The position numbers and the translations under genes were made by a program. This document shows, in pieces, positions 16,647-19,616 of a DNA stretch of 19,616 nucleotides; within the stretch, counting starts at the first letter, position 1, and every line of letters starts with the position of its first letter. A model generated the notes under the pieces. It did no database searches. It had not been told where the DNA came from and was given only the letters and a program-made list of their open reading frames with translations. The stretch covers positions 1 to 19,616 of the forward strand of contig JBBKWS010000199.1 in NCBI GenBank assembly GCA_037969075.1. Direction: 5' to 3'. The DNA comes from Bdellovibrionales bacterium. Lineage in GTDB: Bacteria; Bdellovibrionota; Bdellovibrionia; Bdellovibrionales; UBA840.

Positions 16647-17579
16647 GTGGGGATGTTTTTTGTATTTTTGCTATTTAATTGGGGACTTTCATTTTCGGCT
16701 AAAGTTAGCTTAGATGCTCACGTACATTATCAGACCGCAGGAATTCTAAATCCAATGACTGCCGACGCAAGATTTGTTACACATGATGACACAAAAGAAT
16801 ATTACCTTAAAATTTTATCTCAGCCTTATTTAGACCGCTTTTTTTTATTGTCTGAGGCTTACATGGCCTCGAACTTAAAAGATGCTAACAATAAAAACTC
16901 TGAGGTCTACAATCTAACTCAAGGTGAGACCAGAGCCATACCGGTATGCGGACTTACTACTAAATATGTTTTTTACAAGCCTGCTCTATCACATTGCCTG
17001 AATCTTGGTTTTTCAGGTTTTAAAATGCACCTATCCTATGAGGAAACTTTTTTAGAGAATGACACCTTAAATAAAATTTATGATGCCTTAACTCAAGTCC
17101 CAAAAGATAAAACAGTCTTTTTACTGAACCACTACTATTACTCTACAAAAGACCCTATACGAAATAAAAAGCAGACAATGAATCTTCTGGCTTTGAGCCA
17201 AGAGTTTCCTAATGTGCAGTTCATCATCGCCCATGCTGCCCTTGGAAACCCGCAAATGCTTGAGGATATTGCTAATTATTACTTGCAGAATCCAAGCATC
17301 CTAAGAAATATATATCTAGAGACATCCAGTTTTATCTCATCATTTCATAGGACAGATAGTGATTTTATTAATTATTATGGCTACAGCTTGTCATACTACA
17401 GAGAACTTTTTCAAAAGTTTGGCATTGAAAGAGTTTTATATGGAAGTGATAGTTTTATCAACAACCCCATTGGTTCTAAAGAAATAGATTTTATCCTAAA
17501 TAGTAATTTCTCTTTTTACGAACAGGATCGTATTTTAGAAAAAAACGGGCAAGATTTTTTGCAATTATTAAGTCTTTAA
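16647..17579 (+). CDS. Amidohydrolase-superfamily (Amidohydro_2-like) metallohydrolase with predicted signal peptide
   Basis: TIM-barrel metal-site motifs DAHVH, GFKMH, LLNH, IIAHAA, IYLETS and RVLYGSD; hydrophobic N-terminus ending SFSA. Start is GTG 16647 or ATG 16653. Confidence 0.88.
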   Translation: MGMFFVFLLFNWGLSFSAKVSLDAHVHYQTAGILNPMTADARFVTHDDTKEYYLKILSQPYLDRFFLLSEAYMASNLKDANNKNSEVYNLTQGETRAIPVCGLTTKYVFYKPALSHCLNLGFSGFKMHLSYEETFLENDTLNKIYDALTQVPKDKTVFLLNHYYYSTKDPIRNKKQTMNLLALSQEFPNVQFIIAHAALGNPQMLEDIANYYLQNPSILRNIYLETSSFISSFHRTDSDFINYYGYSLSYYRELFQKFGIERVLYGSDSFINNPIGSKEIDFILNSNFSFYEQDRILEKNGQDFLQLLSL

Positions 17580-18775
17580 GACTGTCTTTCCATGGTAGCC
17601 ACAAAAAAACCATCGTAGCCTTCTACGTTAGGTAGAAATGTCTTTTGACCAAGAAGTTTAAAATCTGAGTTTGCTGCCAAAAATTGATCAACTTGCTTTC
17701 CATTTTCAGAGGGCAAAATACTGCAAGTTGAATACACCAAGCGACCACCAATTTTAGTCATTGAAGAGTACCTAGATAAAATATCTTTTTGTAGTTCTAA
17801 AGTATTTAAATATTCTTCTTTTGTAAGTTTCCACTTTGTATCTGGATTACGCTTTAACACTCCAAGACCGCTACAAGGCACATCTAAAACAACCACATCC
17901 GCTGTTTTTTCAAGGCGTTTAATTACTTTAGTAGTATCAATGATTTTAGTTTCAATGATATTAGCCCCAGCTCGTCTTGCTCTAATTTTTAACTGCTCTA
18001 ACTTTTTTTCATGAACATCTAAAGAGATAATTTTACCTTTATTTTGCATGAGACTTGCCATGTGTAAACTTTTTCCACCAGCACCGGCGCATGCATCTAC
18101 CACGCGCATTCCTGGCTTTACTCCTGCCGCATAAGCAACCGATTGTGACGCCACATCTTGTACTTCAAAACCACCGGCTTGAAAAACCTTAGTTCTAAAT
18201 ACATTCTTTTTAGAAGGCACTATCATTGCGTCTGGTGCATCTTCTATTGGGAGAACATCTATCTCTTCGCTCGTTAGCTCTTTAATAACTTGATCACGAC
18301 TCATTTTTAACAAATTCACTCGCAAGTACAATTTAGCTCGCTGATTCAATGCCGTGATAATTTCATCCCACGCAGGACCTAGCTCTTCGAAAGCAAGCTC
18401 GTCCATCCAATCAGGCAAGGACTCTTTTTCTGCTCGGCTTAGTGGCTTATGCATATTTGTCTTAAGTACATTAATATGAGTTTTTAAAAAATGGGTGGAT
18501 TCTTTTTTACTTAAATACCACCACACACCAAATAGGTTCAACAACACGTCATCGTAATCACTTTCTTCTTCGCCCGAAACAAGCCAAAGATAACGCCACC
18601 ATCTAACCATTTCATAAACAGCTTCGGCTACAAACTTTCTATCTCTGGAGCCCCAACGACGATTATTCTTAAATGTTCTCTCTATTACTTTATCCGCATA
18701 ATAGCCATCAACAAAAATGCTCCTTAGAGCTTCTGTGATAGCTACGACTAAATGGGTATGAATTTTTTGTGTCAT
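17576..18775 (-). CDS. RsmB/NOL1/NOP2/Sun family RNA m5C methyltransferase
   Basis: Motifs WGSRDRKF, FEVQDVASQ, VDACAGAGGKSLH, LDVPCSGLGVLKRNPD and LVYSTCS (both catalytic Cys), plus DGFF. Confidence 0.95.
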   Translation of the reverse strand: MTQKIHTHLVVAITEALRSIFVDGYYADKVIERTFKNNRRWGSRDRKFVAEAVYEMVRWWRYLWLVSGEEESDYDDVLLNLFGVWWYLSKKESTHFLKTHINVLKTNMHKPLSRAEKESLPDWMDELAFEELGPAWDEIITALNQRAKLYLRVNLLKMSRDQVIKELTSEEIDVLPIEDAPDAMIVPSKKNVFRTKVFQAGGFEVQDVASQSVAYAAGVKPGMRVVDACAGAGGKSLHMASLMQNKGKIISLDVHEKKLEQLKIRARRAGANIIETKIIDTTKVIKRLEKTADVVVLDVPCSGLGVLKRNPDTKWKLTKEEYLNTLELQKDILSRYSSMTKIGGRLVYSTCSILPSENGKQVDQFLAANSDFKLLGQKTFLPNVEGYDGFFVATMERQS

Positions 18776-18782
18776 TTATATT

Positions 18783-19448
18783 TTAAAACTCAAATACTGT
18801 ACCGAGTGCTACGTATGTACCGGAGAATTGTCCTTTACTGGTTAAAAAGATATGGTTATCAATCCCCACTTCTAGCATAATCCCCACTGTATCAAAGACA
18901 TTAAAGAATCTTGTGCCTAATAAAATTGTATAATCTAAAGACAATGAACTCTCATCATCAACTTGATCTAAAAATACTCCCAGCCCAAGGCCCGCGCCAA
19001 AATATAGTGGAAATTTAGCTCTAGAATCAGGAAATGCAACGATAGGCATCAATGAAATCTTAGATGTACTATTATCATTTATTTCAACTGATTGCCACCC
19101 GACTCTAACTAGAAAATCTGTAGAATTTACCCACTCGCCCACTCTATATGTAACTGCTGCGGTATATTTTCCCTCATTGTCTTTATCTTTAGCGCCCCAA
19201 TTATGTACTTGGGAATCAACATAGGGACCTATATGCAAAGCCAAAAAGTGTGATTCACTCCCACCACTATTTGATACAGGTCCCTCAACATCTCTTATCA
19301 TGTATTTATCAGCGGCTTTTTTGCCCGTAGGAACTTCTCTCTCCGCTCCTCTGACTACACGCCCCTTCTCATCAACTTCTACACGTTGTGCATGAGCAGA
19401 GAATCCGATCAAAAGGCCTATAATTGCGAAAGAAATGTAGTTTTTCAT
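18783..19448 (-). CDS. Predicted outer-membrane beta-barrel protein, function unknown
   Basis: Signal peptide ending AHA, alternating amphipathic strands (LYFGAGLGLG, LDYTILLGTRFF, YVALGTVFEF) and a C-terminal Phe; AGAGG RBS upstream. Confidence 0.8.
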   Translation of the reverse strand: MKNYISFAIIGLLIGFSAHAQRVEVDEKGRVVRGAEREVPTGKKAADKYMIRDVEGPVSNSGGSESHFLALHIGPYVDSQVHNWGAKDKDNEGKYTAAVTYRVGEWVNSTDFLVRVGWQSVEINDNSTSKISLMPIVAFPDSRAKFPLYFGAGLGLGVFLDQVDDESSLSLDYTILLGTRFFNVFDTVGIMLEVGIDNHIFLTSKGQFSGTYVALGTVFEF

Positions 19449-19464
19449 ATTTACCTCTAAATTC

Positions 19465-19493
19465 TTGACCTCTAGTTATTTAGACACTATTTT
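19465..19493 (+). promoter_or_regulatory. Putative sigma-70 promoter of nrdR
   Basis: TTGACC(19465-70)-N17-TATTTT(19488-93). Confidence 0.5.
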
Positions 19494-19515
19494 ACCACTA
19501 AATAAACACTAAATA
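19485..19515. repeat. Three CACTA direct repeats at an 11-bp period
   Basis: CACTA starts at 19485, 19496 and 19507; the last two copies extend to CACTAAATA. Confidence 0.6.
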
Positions 19516-19529
19516 CGGTACACAAGTCA

Positions 19530-19616
19530 ATGAAATGCCCTAAATGTGGAAATTTAGATAATAAAGTACTCGACACCAGGATGCAACCTGATGGTGATAT
19601 TATTCGTCGTCGTCGT
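19530..19616 (+). CDS. nrdR: Transcriptional repressor NrdR, 5' fragment
   Basis: Manual translation gives [29 protein letters not shown]: the CPxC zinc ribbon, KVxD(S/T)R and RRRR are diagnostic of the NrdR N-terminus. Truncated by the window end. Confidence 0.93.
   Translation, partial: MKCPKCGNLDNKVLDTRMQPDGDIIRRRR

Noticed and set aside
1..19616. CRISPR arrays, tRNA/rRNA genes, IS elements, integrases, phage genes
   Set aside because: No spaced repeats, cloverleaf motifs or transposase/integrase ORFs were seen; intergenic gaps are short and mostly explained.

Overview
AT-rich (roughly one-third GC by eye), densely coding bacterial chromosomal window with no visible rRNA, tRNA, CRISPR or mobile element. 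Gene style is compatible with a Bdellovibrionota/Oligoflexia-like diderm; this is inference only. Contents in order: a secreted alpha/beta-hydrolase running off the left edge (missed by the ORF track) behind a sigma-54-type promoter, an LplT-like MFS transporter, fumC, an aldo/keto reductase, a coupled nucleosidase-fold gene plus spore-photoproduct-lyase-like radical SAM gene, an uncharacterised 510-aa HExxH/Cys-His protein abutting a Ste24-type M48 protease, proBA, a NYN/LabA nuclease, selO/ydiU, lemA with two TPM genes, an interrupted small Cys-containing ORF, a secreted amidohydrolase, an RsmB/NOP2 methyltransferase, an outer-membrane beta-barrel and the 5' end of nrdR (also missed by the track). 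The best leads are (1) the nucleosidase-like plus SplB-like pair, in which the canonical H-donor cysteine appears to be missing, and (2) the HExxH protein with a possible DUF2063-like C-terminus, coupled to the M48 protease.
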